DNA from: Eledone cirrhosa
Taxonomy: Eukaryota
Direction of reading: 5' to 3'
Assembly: GCA_964016885.1 (NCBI GenBank)
Contig: OZ024741.1
Span: 276,210,001 to 276,274,000, forward strand
Length of the DNA: 64,000 nucleotides
Part shown: positions 1 to 11,979 of the stretch, piece by piece
Layout: each line of letters begins with the position of its first letter
Numbering within the stretch: the stretch's first letter is position 1
Made by a program: the position numbers and the translations under genes
Notes under the pieces: model-generated
Database searches by the model: none
What the model was told of the DNA's origin: nothing
Seen by the model: the letters and a program-made list of their open reading frames with translations, nothing else

Positions 1-265
1 ACAACATTGTTGTTTGTATGCACACATCATACAGTCTCTTTCATTTTGAGGGAAAAGCCTTTTGTAGTTAGCAATGGCAGTAGCTCCCTCAACTTCTTCC
101 ATCCTATTCTCACTCTGGATACTGTACTTTCAGAACACCCACCTCCACTGCTAATTTGGTCACCCAGGTAGCAGATGTTGTTTAATGCGTCTACTGAACC
201 TTCCAGGAATTTGATAGTGCTTGTTTCCTGTAGTCATTTTCTGTTTACTGCCCCAATACAGCGGC
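1..265 (-). mobile_element. Degraded RTE-clade LINE fragment (RT C-terminal region)
   Basis: Minus strand reads ...YLGDQISSGGGCSESTVSRVRIGWKKLRELLPLLTTKGFSL..., homologous to the 43017 ORF. Confidence 0.8.
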
Positions 266-515
266 TAGCAGCTAAATTGTATGATAAAGTTATATCTATA
301 AAAATACAAAGTGTGTAACCGAGACTGCACCAACGTCTATAAATAATATACACATATCTAATATGTAGGTATGTTGTAAACATGCCAGAAAATACAAATT
401 TCCCTGTAAATTGAAAAGATGATAAACAGTTTTAATCGATTTTCTATACAAACATATATATATATGTATGTAAAAGGTAAGCAGAAATAACAACACAATT
501 GGTACAGTATATATA

Positions 516-853
516 CATCATCATCATCATTTTACGTCCGCTTTTCCCTGCGTGCAAGGGTGGGACGGGAACTGATTCTGGCTTGATTTCTACAGCTGGA
601 TGCCCTTCCTAACACCAACCTCATTTACAGTGAGTACTGGGTGCTTTTTTGCCGCGGCGCCTACACGACAACTTTACAGTGGAATGATAGGGACCCCAGT
701 CCCTATCATCTCATTTCTACAGCTGAGTAAACTGGAGCAATGTGAAATAAAGTGTCTTGCTCAAGGAAACAACACATCACCCGGTCTGAGAATTGAACTC
801 ACAACCTTTCGATTGCGAGTCCAATGCTCTAACCACTAAGCCACGTGCCTCCA
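516..853 (-). mobile_element. tRNA-derived CORE-like SINE with RTE-type 3' tail
   Basis: A box TGGCTTAGTGG, B box GAGTTCAATTC, core CCTTGAGCAAGACACTTT..CTCAGCTGTAGAAATG, RTE-like 3' end and (GAT)n tail; near-identical copy at 17995-18346 (+). Confidence 0.8.
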
Positions 854-870
854 TACATATATATATATAT

Positions 871-1970
871 CATCATCATCATCATCATCACCGTTTTACG
901 TCCGTTCTTCCACGCTAGCATGGGTTAGACGGGTTGTCCTGTTGTGGGCAGTGTCTGGTCGGCTGACCATGCCTTGCTCATACAGGAACTGATCTGGCTT
1001 GATTTCTACAGCTGGATGCCCTTCCTAACACCAAGCTCATTTACAGTGAGTGCTGGGTGCTTTTTCGTGGCGCCTACACGTCCACTTTACAGTGTGGGCT
1101 GGGTGCTTTTTTGCCGTGGCACCTCCACGGCCACCTTGCGGTGGAGGGGGGGGGGGATATTGTTTATATGCTTCAGCATGTACCCATGGGAGGTCGGGTA
1201 CCCTGTATTACTGCGTGACGCCAGAAGTCACGGTCGTGTGTCATTGACTTTGAGAGGTGTAGTTGGGTAAGGTCGGCTTTTATCACCTCATCCCAAGTCA
1301 TCTTGGGTCTCCCCACTCCGCGGTTTCCATCAACTTCTAGTGCTCTGCACCTTTTTATGCAGCTGTCATCCTTCATACGCATCACATGTCCATACCAGCG
1401 TAACCGCCTCTCCTGCACGCAGCATTTGATTCCTCTTATGCTCAGTCTCTCTCTCAATTCCTTTATGCTTTGTCGTTCACGTATATTACTGTTACACATC
1501 CATCGGAGCATGCAGGCTTCGTTTCTCTCTAATCTACGTAAGTCTTCCACCTTCAGCGCCCAGGTCTCACTACCATGCAACATCGCTGTTCGGATACACG
1601 CATCATACAGTCTGCCTTTCATTCTGAGGGAGAAGCCTTTTGCAGCTAGCAGTGGTAGTAGTTCCCTAAACTTCTTCCATCCCGTTCTTACCCTAGTTAT
1701 TGTACTTTCTGAGCACCCACCTCCGTTGCTAATTCGGTCACCTAGGTAGCAGAAGCTGTCTACTGTTTCTACAGGGCCCTCCCAGAGATTGGTGGTACTT
1801 GTTTCCTGTGGCTGTTTGCTTGCTGTTTCAGCACAGCTGCTGCATGTGAATCCTACATTCTTAATTAAGCTTCCTGAGATCCCGCTACATCTCTTGTGTA
1901 CCCATTGTTTGCATTTGGGGCAGAGAATGGAGTTTCTACCTACACCTTTCCTACATACTGAGCAAGGCCA
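871..1970 (-). mobile_element. 5'-truncated RTE LINE (PHD finger to 3' UTR, (GAT)n tail)
   Basis: ORF 1173-1622(-) MKGRLYDACIRTAMLHGSETW...RLRWYGHVMRM matches the C-terminus of the 43017 ORF; has its own 3' UTR and tail at 871-1175. Confidence 0.9.
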
Positions 1971-1977
1971 TATATAT

Positions 1978-2363
1978 TAAAACCTACTACAGCCAGTAGG
2001 CATCTCTAACAAAATACACCCCGTCCCACCACCCCCACCCCATCCACACCACCCCCTTCTATGTAAAGTTATGTTGGTGCCACGCCATCCAGGCCGAAAC
2101 AAATGAGATCGTGTAGGTGTCACGACAAAAAAATACACAGTCCACGCTGTAATGTGGCCGTGTAGGCAACACGGTAAAAACCTCCCAGACCCACACTGTA
2201 AATGTGGTTGGTGTTAGGAAGGGCATCCAACTGTAGAAAACCTGCCAGACAGTCCTATGCGAGCAAGACAATCACTCTTGCCTCAAGTGGGAATACCCCC
2301 GTCCAAACCCATGCAAGCGTGGAACACGGACGTTAAACGTTGATGATGATGATGATGATGATG
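1978..2363 (+). mobile_element. 5'-truncated RTE LINE, 3' UTR only
   Basis: Near-identical to 46256-46620, the 3' UTR of the intact element; (GAT)n tail; TA-rich flanks. Confidence 0.9.
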
Positions 2364-2759
2364 ATATATATATATATACATGTATATATAAGTTTATCCC
2401 AGGTTCAATCGGGGGTAACTACAGTAAGGTACTTAATACATAGAAGATGTACAAGTGGTAAGGTGTTGGGCTTACAATCATAATGCCATGGGTTCGATTC
2501 CTGGACTGAGTTTTGTGTTGTGTTTTTGAGAAAAACGCTTCAATTCACATTGCTCTAGTATACTCAGCTGAAAATGAGTACCAGCAATAACTAGGGGGGG
2601 GGGGGTTAACACAGCGATAGACAGGCATCCTGTCCAGGGGTAAGTCTTGTACTCTCAAACACTGTGCGCCACGGAAACCGGGTAAGTATCGGCCTAATGA
2701 GCCTTCAGGCTTGAATCAAACTTTAACTCTTTTTTAATATATATAATTGGGTTACTTAC

Positions 2760-2798
2760 ACAGAACTGAGGCACTGTTTGTTGTGATTCTGCAGACAT
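2760..2798 (-). CDS. UFD1: UFD1 exon (MSAESQQTVPQFC); gene continues beyond the window start
   Basis: ttgttag acceptor and GTAAGT donor, 39 nt, phase 0/0; position fits the variable linker before the UFD1 SHP motif; sequence poorly conserved. Confidence 0.65.
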
Positions 2799-2883
2799 CT
2801 AACAAAGAAAGAATATTAAATAAAGTTAGTGTTAATAAATAAAATATTGTTATATTTATTCATTAATATTCCACGAACATTAA

Positions 2884-3100
2884 CCCTTTAGCATTTAAAC
2901 CGGCCGTATCGGACAAGAAGCCTCTCATCTCTTTCTGTTTAAACCGGCTATAACAAGCCACCCATACCGATATTATGGCATTGTTCTCAAAATAACTGAC
3001 CATCATCAAAATCTCATAGATTCTATATGATTCTATGTAAGGTAAAGCCTTTATTGTGAAAATACAATAGTAAATATAGAGTAATGTAAATGCTAAACGG
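2884..3100. mobile_element. piggyBac-type MITE
   Basis: TTAA flanks; TIRs CCCTTTAGCATTTA / TAAATGCTAAACGG; related copies at 7824-8113, ~29290-29487, ~57654-57870. Confidence 0.75.
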
Positions 3101-3159
3101 TTAAACTGTGTTTTTATTTATTTTTATATATATTTGAAGCAAACATCTTGTACGCATTA

Positions 3160-3702
3160 CTTTAAAGTGGTCATGTAGGTGTCAACGCAAAGCGCTCAGC
3201 CCACACTGTAAAGTGTTCGTGTAGGCGTCATGACAAAAGCACCCAGCCTACACTGTAAAGTGGTTGTGTAGATGTCACGACAAAAAGCACGCAGTTCACA
3301 CTGTAAAGTGATTGTGTAGATGTCACGACAAAAAGCACCCAGTTCAGACTGTAAAGTGGCCATGTAGATGTCACAACAAAAAGCATCCAACCCACACTGT
3401 AATGTAGTCGTGTAGGTATCACAACAAAAAGCATCCAGCCCACACTGTAATGTAGTCGTGTAGGTATCACAACAAAAAGCATCCAGCCCACACTGTAATG
3501 TAGTCGTGTAGGTATCACAACAAAAAGCACCCAGCCCACTCTGTAACATGGTCGTGTAGGTGTCACAACAAAAAGTGCCCAGCCCACACTGTACAGTGGT
3601 CATGTGGGGGTCATGACAAAAGGTGCCCAGCCCTCACTGTAAAGTGGTCATGTAAGCATCACAACACAAGCACCCAGCCCTCACTGTAAAGTGGTCATGT
3701 AG
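3160..3702. repeat. 48-bp minisatellite (~11 copies), RTE 3' UTR-related
   Basis: Unit CACACTGTAAAGTGGTCGTGTAGGTGTCACAACAAAAAGCACCCAGCC; 16-aa periodicity in the ORF track. Confidence 0.9.
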
Positions 3703-4187
3703 GGTTGCTCTATCTAGGTCAATGATGAGAGTTAACTCTGTCCACTAATAAAGATAGTGAAGGCGCGTGGCTTTGTGGTTAAGATATTCGGCTCACAATC
3801 GTAAGATCGTGAATTCGATTCCCAGCGGCACATTGTGTCCTTGAACAAGACACTTTATTTCATGTTGCTCCAGTCCACTCAACTAGCAAAAATGAGTTGA
3901 GCCTGTATTTCGAAGAACCAGCCTTGTCATGTTTGATGTCGAGCTGAATCTACCTGAGAACTACGTTAAGGGTATGTGTGTCTGTGGAATGCTCAGCCAC
4001 TTGCACATTAATTTCACGAGCAGGCTGTTCCATTGATCGGATTAATTGGAACACTCGTTGTCGTAACTGACAGAATGCCAGTTATAGTTTATAGTAAAGA
4101 AACTATAACCATTTGAATTAACAAATTCTGTTTTTAGATATTTCTGCTAAATCATTACAGGATGTTACGGGTTAACAGCTATCTCAC

Positions 4188-4271
4188 TTGTTCTTTTTCC
4201 TCTTCTTCGTCTGAAGATGTTTTGTGCATTGTGTTTGGCTCTTGATATCCAACTGGGGGAGCAAATTCAAC
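4188..4271 (-). CDS. UFD1: UFD1 exon (VEFAPPVGYQEP...EEEEKEQ)
   Basis: tttatag acceptor and GTGAGA donor, 84 nt; matches UFD1 VDFDAPLGYKEP. Confidence 0.9.
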
Positions 4272-4400
4272 CTATAAAAACAAAACAACAAACAAACAAG
4301 TAGATAAATATTCATGAAAGGACCAATCAAGAAGCACTGAGAAAATTTTGAATTTTTAAACCCCCACCCATCCTAGAGATGGAAAAAGTGGATAATGTCA

Positions 4401-4464
4401 CCTGTGGGAATTGAACTCACACCTGCTGTATGCCGGACAACTGTGTTACCATTACACCACAGTG
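4401..4464 (-). mobile_element. tRNA-like SINE head / tRNA pseudogene
   Basis: A box TGGTGTAATGG, B box GAGTTCAATTCC and an anticodon-like stem; acceptor stem incomplete. Confidence 0.55.
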
Positions 4465-5142
4465 TGTCTGAACTTACCAGTCAATTTTAAAGCCTTATCT
4501 ATCAGCTGTGCTACCATTACACCAAAGTGTATCTGAACACTTACCAGTCATTTCAAAGCCTTATCTATCAGCCAATAGACATAAACAAATAATCAATTAT
4601 ATTCAACAAGTGTTGAGTAAATTTTGAATTTTTGAAAGAGTATGTTAGCTTTAATAAGCTCCTTCAATTGTTTTTTTAACTACAAAAATAGTCAAACAGG
4701 TTTGGCATATAAATATTAAATTGGTCATATCTGTGACATATTGTGTGTCATGCCGTGGATAGGGGATGGTGAGAGTGTGAGTAGTAGAGAGAGAGTGAGA
4801 AAGAGAAATTAGTAGAGACAGTGTGTGTGTAGAGTAGAGAGAGAGAGAGAGAGATTGGTGGTAGTAATGACACCAACAAATGCATTTCATCGTGGCACCA
4901 ACACTAAAGAAGCTGTCAGACTGCTGCAAGTGTTCAATCCAGATGTCCACATTGAGGATTATACCTCCCACCACTACAAATAACAACAGCAGCACCACTA
5001 TCACCACTACCAGCATCACCCTGTAAAAAAAGACGAGTGCTGCTGCCCCCCCCCCCCCCCCCCCTCCTTTATCTTATCAGAGAAATATATTTCACATGTG
5101 AAATTATGAGAAACAATATAAAGATCAAACAAAGTTACTTAC

Positions 5143-5211
5143 ATTCATATCACATTCAATGATAGATACAGCAGAGCCAGGTTTTGTTTCCAGGACACAT
5201 AATTCATATAT
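5143..5211 (-). CDS. UFD1: UFD1 exon ([23 protein letters not shown])
   Basis: cacag acceptor and GTAAGT donor, 69 nt; strong match to UFD1 [23 protein letters not shown]. Confidence 0.95.
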
Positions 5212-5242
5212 CTGTGAGAAAATATATTAGAAAAAAATATAA

Positions 5243-5820
5243 CACACTGTAAAGTGGTCATGTAAGTGTCACAATAAAAAGCACCCAGCCCACACTGTAT
5301 AGTGGTCGTGTAGGAGTCACGACAAAAAGCACCCAGTCCACACTGTAAAGTGGTTGTGTAGGAGTCATGTCAAACAACATCTAGCCCACACTGTATAGTG
5401 ATTGTGTAGGTGTCACGATAAAAAGCACCTAGCCCACACTGTATAATAATTGTGTAGGTGTCACGATAAAAAGCACCTAGCCCACACTGTATAGTGATTG
5501 TGTAAGAGTCATGACAAAAAGCGCCCAACCCACACTGTAAAGAGTTTGTGTAGGTGTCACAACAAAAAACACCCGGTCCACACTGTAAAGTGGTCGTGTA
5601 GGTGTCACAACAAAAAGTACCCAGTCCACACTATAAAGTGGTCATGTAGGTATCATGATAAAAAGCACCCAGAACACACAGGATATCCAGCCGTAGAAAC
5701 CAAGCCAAAATCAGTTGTGTGTGAGCGAAATACAGTCCTCCGACCTGATCTCTCACAAGGGGACAGCCCATCCTACCCATGCTAGCATGGAAAATGGATA
5801 TTAAATGATGATGATATTGA
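5243..5820 (+). repeat. 48-bp minisatellite (~9 copies) ending in an RTE-type 3' tail
   Basis: Same unit as 3160-3702, followed by GGATATCCAGCCGTAGAAAC...CCATGCTAGCATGG and (GAT)n. Confidence 0.85.
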
Positions 5821-5932
5821 ATAGCCATAGACAATAGAATGAGGGAAATCATCACTAGCTATGCACCACAAGCAGGACTGAGTAAAGAACAAAAAGACCG
5901 TTTCTATGAGGAACTTTTACAAACATACTTAC

Positions 5933-6005
5933 CTTGTCGTTATATTTTATGGCAACAACATCTCCAACAGTAAGACAGGCAAAGTTTCTCAATGCATTCT
6001 CTAAT
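5933..6005 (-). CDS. UFD1: UFD1 exon ([24 protein letters not shown])
   Basis: 73 nt, phase 2/0, GTAAGT donor; acceptor of the U12-type intron. Confidence 0.95.
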
Positions 6006-6339
6006 CTTCACAAAGAATCAAGGAAAAATTACCGTTTATAAAAATACAAACCGGCCCTGTGCCATCAAAAATGGCAGCTAATTGTAGTATTTTATATATA
6101 TAAAGGGTGCAAAACCAAGTTTTTAGTTTAATATTTCTTTTATTACAAAATTTTTTAGTGAAAAAACTATCCTCAACTAACATAGATAACCAAGATAATA
6201 TCTTGGTGTGCATATGTATACATTCATATGTATGAGTATATAAATATAAAGAAGTATAAACATATTCACATAAACATAATAATAATAGCTAATGTGTGAA
6301 GCCAATTCATTACATATACACACACAAGTGTAGCGAATC

Positions 6340-7130
6340 TTAGAATGCTTTTCCCTGCTTGCAAGGGTGCGACGGGTCCTATTCAGCACAGCATCTCTCT
6401 ACTTGTCACGGTCCTTCGCCATCTCCACCGTGAGCTTCAGTAATCTGAGGTCCACTCTCACCACCTCTGCCCATGTTTTTCATGGTCTTCCTCTACTACG
6501 TCTTCCTTCAACTGGCATTTCCTGGCACTTCTTCACCCATCGGTCATCCTCCATGTGCATCACATGTCCAAACCATCGCAGTCTCCTCTCCCGCACACAA
6601 CAATTTATCCCTCTCAGACACAGTTTCTCTCTCAACACATCCATGCTCGGCCGTTCATGCACATTGACATTGCACATCCAATGGAGCATGCTTGCCTCAT
6701 TTCTCTCCGGCCATCGCATATCCTCTGCAGTTGCTGCCCATGTCTCACTACCATGCAGCATCGCGCACCTCACACAGGCATCATATAACCGGCCTTTCGT
6801 ATGCAGGGAGAAACCCTTCTTCGTCAGCAACTCCCTAAACTTCTTCCAACCCGTCCTTATTCTAGATACTATGGCTTCGGAACATCACCCTCCCATGCTA
6901 ATCTGATCACCTAGGTACCAGAAGCTATCAACCACTTCTATAGCACCCACCTGCATTTGAAAAATGTGTCTATCAATGCGACTTCTACTGTCAAATTTCC
7001 CTGTACATCTACTGCATACATATTTCTCCCTACCTGTTAGTTTGCTTGCTATCCCACTACATCTCTTGTGTACCCAAGATCTGCATTGTGTACATTTTAT
7101 AGAATTTATGCCAGTTCCTTTTTTATATAT
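6340..7130 (-). mobile_element. 5'-truncated RTE LINE, second subfamily
   Basis: ORFs 6480-6830(-) and 6885-7175(-) closely match the 53176-54528 ORF. Confidence 0.9.
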
Positions 7131-7362
7131 ATGATGAAATCTTATCACAAGGTATTTTGTTTGCCACTCTACCAATTATACCCCTCACCAGCCATAAATA
7201 TACTATTAACTTGGAGTCTCTACATGGTCAAAAGACCTCCAAGAAATAGCAGCCAATTTCACTCAAATCCCATCATACCATCTTGAAAAGGGAGAAACTA
7301 GATACAGAAAATACAGTCTGGTTGTGTTTGTATTCAATCGGGGTTGACATGTGGGCTGAACC

Positions 7363-8143
7363 AGAGGAGAGGAACCTTTTCATGTTGAAAGGCCATATTA
7401 AGTTACTTGTAATATAAGGCCCCATTCAAGAAACCATAATTATATATCCTTAAAATCTACATTATTTCAATTCTGGCTGTCTATCAGTGTGGATAATTTC
7501 AATGAATTTTCTTTTAAAATATATATTTAAAATATGTTCATCTCATTTTGTGCAAAACCACAGCCAGTCTGAGGGCTGAAGAGGCCAAAAGATTCCTTTA
7601 TTTAGTTCTGTTTTAATAGCTTTTCTTGCGTTATTCTATGAATTCTAATACACTCTTGCTCTAACCCAGTCTTCGAGACAATATTATTTATATTTTTATC
7701 TTATAGTTTAAATTATTGTAAGAGATAGACAAAAACGTAGTAATAAAATAAACAATTTGTTTGCAATCTTTGATTCTTTCAAAAGGCTGCACAGAATGGC
7801 AGAGAAGGCCTTGCCCCCTTTAACCCTTTAACATTTACATATTTACTATTGTATTTTCACAGTAAACACTTTATCTCACATAACTATCACACATAACATT
7901 TACATTACTCTATATTTACAATTGTATTTTCATGGTAAACATTTCATCTCACGTAACTATCTAACATAATATCGAATCTACAAAATTTTGATATTAGTTA
8001 TTTTAAGAACAATACCTTAACATAAGTATGAGCAGCCAGTTACGGCTGGTTTGAACAGAAAGAGGTGGAGGAGATAATTCTGGCCAGACATAGCCAGTTT
8101 AAATGCTAAACGGTTAAGGCTGCATTTCCCCCGCCCATCTCTG
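7363..8143. mobile_element. hAT-type MITE interrupted by a piggyBac MITE (7824-8113)
   Basis: CAGAG..AACCT / ..CTCTG ends, imperfect 8-bp TSD ggctgaac/ggctagac; uninterrupted relative at ~26026-26316. Confidence 0.6.
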
Positions 8144-8184
8144 GGCTAGACAATAACAATATATGACTTATTTAAGAAGGATAC

Positions 8185-8315
8185 ACTGCTTTAGGATTTG
8201 ATATATCAAGAAATTCTGTTTGTTGTGGTTGGAATTTGGCAAACGTTGCCACAGGTAAGTTGACATTTTCAACTGTCAATTTCTTTCCTTCATCTAAAAG
8301 TAGATTTTTCATCAT
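8185..8315 (-). CDS. UFD1: UFD1 exon ([10 protein letters not shown]...[10 protein letters not shown])
   Basis: ttgcag acceptor, 131 nt; matches UFD1 MMQNLLLEEGG...FLDITNPKAV. Confidence 0.95.
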
Positions 8316-8392
8316 CTGCAAAATAAAACAAACAAAAATTAGAATAATATTTTAAGAAAAGATATCATTATCATCATCATCATCATCATCAA

Positions 8393-8612
8393 GGGCAGTG
8401 GATTGGCAGGAATTAGTAGAGCGTCGGACAACATGCTTCGCAGCAGAAAGTTACGACCCTTTACATTCTGAGTTCAAATCCCATTGAGGTTAGCTTTGTC
8501 TTTCATCCTTACGGGGTCAATAAAATAAAGTACCAGTCACGCACTGGGGTTGAACTAATTGACATTCCCCCTCTCCTAAAATTGTTGGCCTTGTGCCTAA
8601 ATCAGAAACCAT
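8393..8612 (+). mobile_element. tRNA-derived SINE family B (representative copy)
   Basis: GAGTTCAAATCCC B box plus TTTCATCCTTACGGGGTC.ATAAAATAAAGTACCAGT body; other copies at 9258-9450, 10375-10565, 13145-13800, 19505-19925, 35300-35500, 39630-39840. Confidence 0.8.
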
Positions 8613-8714
8613 TATCATCATCATCATCAATGGTGATCGCTGTGTGAAGAAGTGCCAGGAAATTCTAGTGGAGGGAATCAAGAAAAGATATCATCATCAA
8701 TGGTGATTGCTGGG

Positions 8715-9253
8715 TGATGACCAAAAGAATATGATCGCGAATACAAGCAGCCGAAATGGGGTTCCTCTGAAGGGTCTTTCGAGTAAGGTTACTCGATAAA
8801 GTGAATAGCTCAGTGATCAGAGAATCACTCTAGGTAGAACCACTACTTCTCTGAATTGAGAGATCACAGCTCCGATACTATGGACATGTGGTTAGAATAT
8901 CTCATGAAAGAATCGCTCGACCGATTCTACAGGCAAAACCAACCAGCAGGAGAACCAGGGTATAGCCACTACTTCTCCGAATCGAGAAATCACAGCTCTG
9001 ATACTACGGACATGTGGTTAAAATGTCTCAGGAATTAACCACTGGACAGATTTTATGAGCAAAACCAACCGGCAAGAGACCCATAGATAGACTCTGACCA
9101 AGATGGTTGAATAACATCAATGAGTTTGGCTGGTCTCGCTTAGGGATCCAGCCGGATCCATTGGAGATGGTTGCTACGGACAGGACCTGCTGTAAGACGT
9201 TCTTAAGGACTCTGCCTTCACAACCCACTGAGGAATAAGTGGCTGAAGAAGAA
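8715..9253 (+). mobile_element. 3' fragment of an Expander/Rex3-like RTE-clade LINE, (GAA)n tail
   Basis: Decayed ...AAEMGFL..EPLLL..SQLRYYGHVVR..RWLNNI; copies at 17225-17674, 23505-24095, 48790-49320. Confidence 0.75.
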
Positions 9254-9480
9254 GTATATAATTGTTTCTACTTTTGGCACAAAACCAGCAATTACCCAGT
9301 GTATTACTGGTACTTTATTTTATCGACCCCGTAAGGATGAAAGGCAAAGTTAACTTCGGCGGGATTTGAACTCAGAATGGCAAGGGCCGTAACTCTATGC
9401 GTCAAAGCATGGCGCCCGACGCTCTACCGATACTGCCAATCCACCGCCCTTAGAAGAAGAATATAATAACTGTTGCTTAC

Positions 9481-9602
9481 CCAATATGGTAGATAAACTA
9501 GCCCTTCATCAGCTACAAACTCTAAAACACCACAGTGAGTATGACGGTTTTTCTCAACATTGCTAAGCTTAAATAGCATGGGGTACATTATCTTTGTGCG
9601 GG
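9481..9602 (-). CDS. UFD1: UFD1 exon (RTKIMYPMLFKL...THCGVLEFVADEGLVYLPYW)
   Basis: tttgtag acceptor and GTAAGC donor, 122 nt; hallmark UFD1 THCGVLEF motif. Confidence 0.97.
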
Positions 9603-11806
9603 CTACAAAGAGAAAACATAACAAAAACATATTCAGTTTTTAAGAGGAATAGATGAGGGGATGGGGGTGAATAACATTTAGCTAAGTTGAATATTTTTTT
9701 TGTAGGGTGAAGGGGTTCATTTTGATAATTTAGACAGAGAAGGAAAGGCAGCAGCCATGAGGCCAATTTTAGAGACCTCTCAGAATTGTGGGAGTAAGTT
9801 AATATCAATCAAAAACACAACCTGAATCCTTGCAGCATAGTTCCATTATATCATCACCGTTTAACATCTATTTTCCATGCTTGCAAAGATTAGACAGGCT
9901 GTCATGTTATGAGGCTAGACAGGTTTTGCTCATACAGATCTGCTTTTGGCTTGGTTTCTATGGCTGGATGCCCTTCCTAACACCAACCACATCACAGCAT
10001 GTACCGAGAGCTTTTTTGTCATGGAACAAAAAATATGGTGGCCTGGGTGCATTTTTGTTGAGGTATCAGCACGACCACTCTAAAACAAAATGTCAGGTGA
10101 TGGTGGTAAACTGGACAATGGAAGAACAGATAATCACTCTGACAGGGTTCCACACAGTTTCCTTCCTTTTGTCTGACCTGAGGTCATAGTATAATAGACT
10201 TGTCCAAACTATTATGAAATAGAACCAAGTAGCCCAGGGTTGCAAAGCAAACTTCTTAACCCATCAGCCATTTCGTCCTATTTATGACATATCAGCTAGA
10301 AAAACAGATGTAAAATTGATGATAATGATCAGGATAGATATTAAAGATTGAGTGTTTTAAATTTGAAGGAAATAAATAATTGTTTCTACGTTTGGCACAG
10401 GGCCAGCAATTACCCAGTGCATTACTGGTACTTTATTTTATCGACCCCGTAAGGATGAAAGGCAAAGTTAACCTCGGCAGGATTTGAACTCTGAATAGCA
10501 AGGGTCGTAACTCTATATGTCAAAGCATGGTGTCTGACCCTCTACCGATACTGCCAATCCACCGAAGGAAATAAATAATGAATATATATTACTCAAGAAT
10601 ACACAATTGTTTGTTAGTGTTTTATATATCAACCCCCACCTCAGACCACCTCTGGTTCTATCATACATGGCCCCAAGCTTTAAAATATTCAGATTTTGGT
10701 TCTTTTCATATCAATCCAGCCAAACCCAGCTCTGGTTTTATGAAATAAAACCACCCATTTTAAAGGTTTCTGATTTAAATTAAAATCTTCCAACATAATT
10801 TTATATAAGAACCTTACATTAAGTTTCTATCTTAGTAATGAAATTATTAATAATTGTAGTAAATCCCTCAAAATTCTTCATTAATTAATTAAAATAGAAT
10901 ATATTTCATTAGAAATGTGATAATGAAAGGGGTTAAATCTTCCAACATAATTTTATATAAGAACCATATGACAAGTTATTATTTTAATAATTAAATAATT
11001 AATAATTTCAGTAAATCCCTGAAAATATTTCATTAATTAATTGAAATAGAAGGTATGTCATTATGAATATGGTCATAAAAGGGTTAATTAAATGCTTCAA
11101 ACATAAGTTTAATATAATGAGAAAAAAAAGTTGAACTAGTTTACAAAAACCCTCCATATTTTTTATTATTTTCAAAATTAATTAAAATTAATGATGTATT
11201 TAATTAGAAATATTGCCAAGAGGCCCTTTAGTTACCAGCCAGGCCAAAAACAGCTCTGGTTCTATGAAATAAAACCACCCATTTTAAAGGTTTCCAATTT
11301 AAATTAAAATCTCCCAACATAATGTAAGGTTCATCATCATCATCACCGTTTTACATCCGTTCTTCCACGCTAGCATGGGTTAGATGGGTTGTCCTGTTGT
11401 GGGCAGTGTCCAGTCGGCTGACCTTCTCTTGCTCATATGGGAACTGATTCTGGCTTGATTTCTACAGCTGGATGCCCTTCCTAACACCAACCTCATTTAC
11501 AGTGAGTGATGGGTGCTTTTTTTTCTGTGGCACCTACACGTCCACTTTACAGTGTGGGCTGGGTGCTTTTTTGCCGTGGCACCTCCACGACCACTTTGCA
11601 GTGGGAGGGGTGGGGGCATATTGTCTATATGCTTCAGCTTCGGCTTGTACCCGTGGGAAGTCGGGTCTTCTTATATAAAATTAAGTTACTATCTTAATGA
11701 AATAATTAATAATTTTAGTAAATCCCTTCTAGTTCTTCATTAATTAATTAAAATAGAGTAAATTTCATTAGAAATGCAGTCATGAAAGGGGTTAAAACAT
11801 ACTTAC

Positions 11807-11839
11807 TTAACTTGTCAAGAGCTGATGTTGGCATGATAA
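11807..11839 (-). CDS. UFD1: UFD1 33-nt exon (IIMPTSALDKL)
   Basis: cttccag acceptor and GTAAGT donor, phase 1/1; matches UFD1 IIMPPSALDQL. Confidence 0.95.
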   Translation of the reverse strand, partial: LSCQHQLLTS

Positions 11840-11979
11840 CTGGAAGAGAAAGACAAATCTATATAACAATAACTGTAAAGGATGTTTTGATGTGGTTGTC
11901 ACATATTATGTTATATTGATTTTTTAACACTTGGCATATGAAATCATAAAGTGAAGGGATCAATTCTACTGCATGGCAT

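Larger units (their letters stand above)
6006..8184 (-). other. UFD1: U12-type (minor spliceosome) GT-AG intron of UFD1
   Basis: Donor GTATCCTT (8184-8177); branch site TTCCTTGAT (6025-6017) close to the AG; short pyrimidine tract. Confidence 0.9.

Noticed and set aside
871-2363. Twin-priming inversion of a single RTE
   Set aside because: Each half has its own distinct 3' UTR and tail, so these are two independent insertions.
4401-4464. Functional tRNA gene
   Set aside because: Too short, incomplete acceptor stem; better explained as a SINE head.
4651-5021. 122-aa hydrophobic ORF or cryptic UFD1 exon after tttttttacag
   Set aside because: Low-complexity (CAC/CAG, GA) sequence; flanking UFD1 exons already join in frame with conserved sequence.
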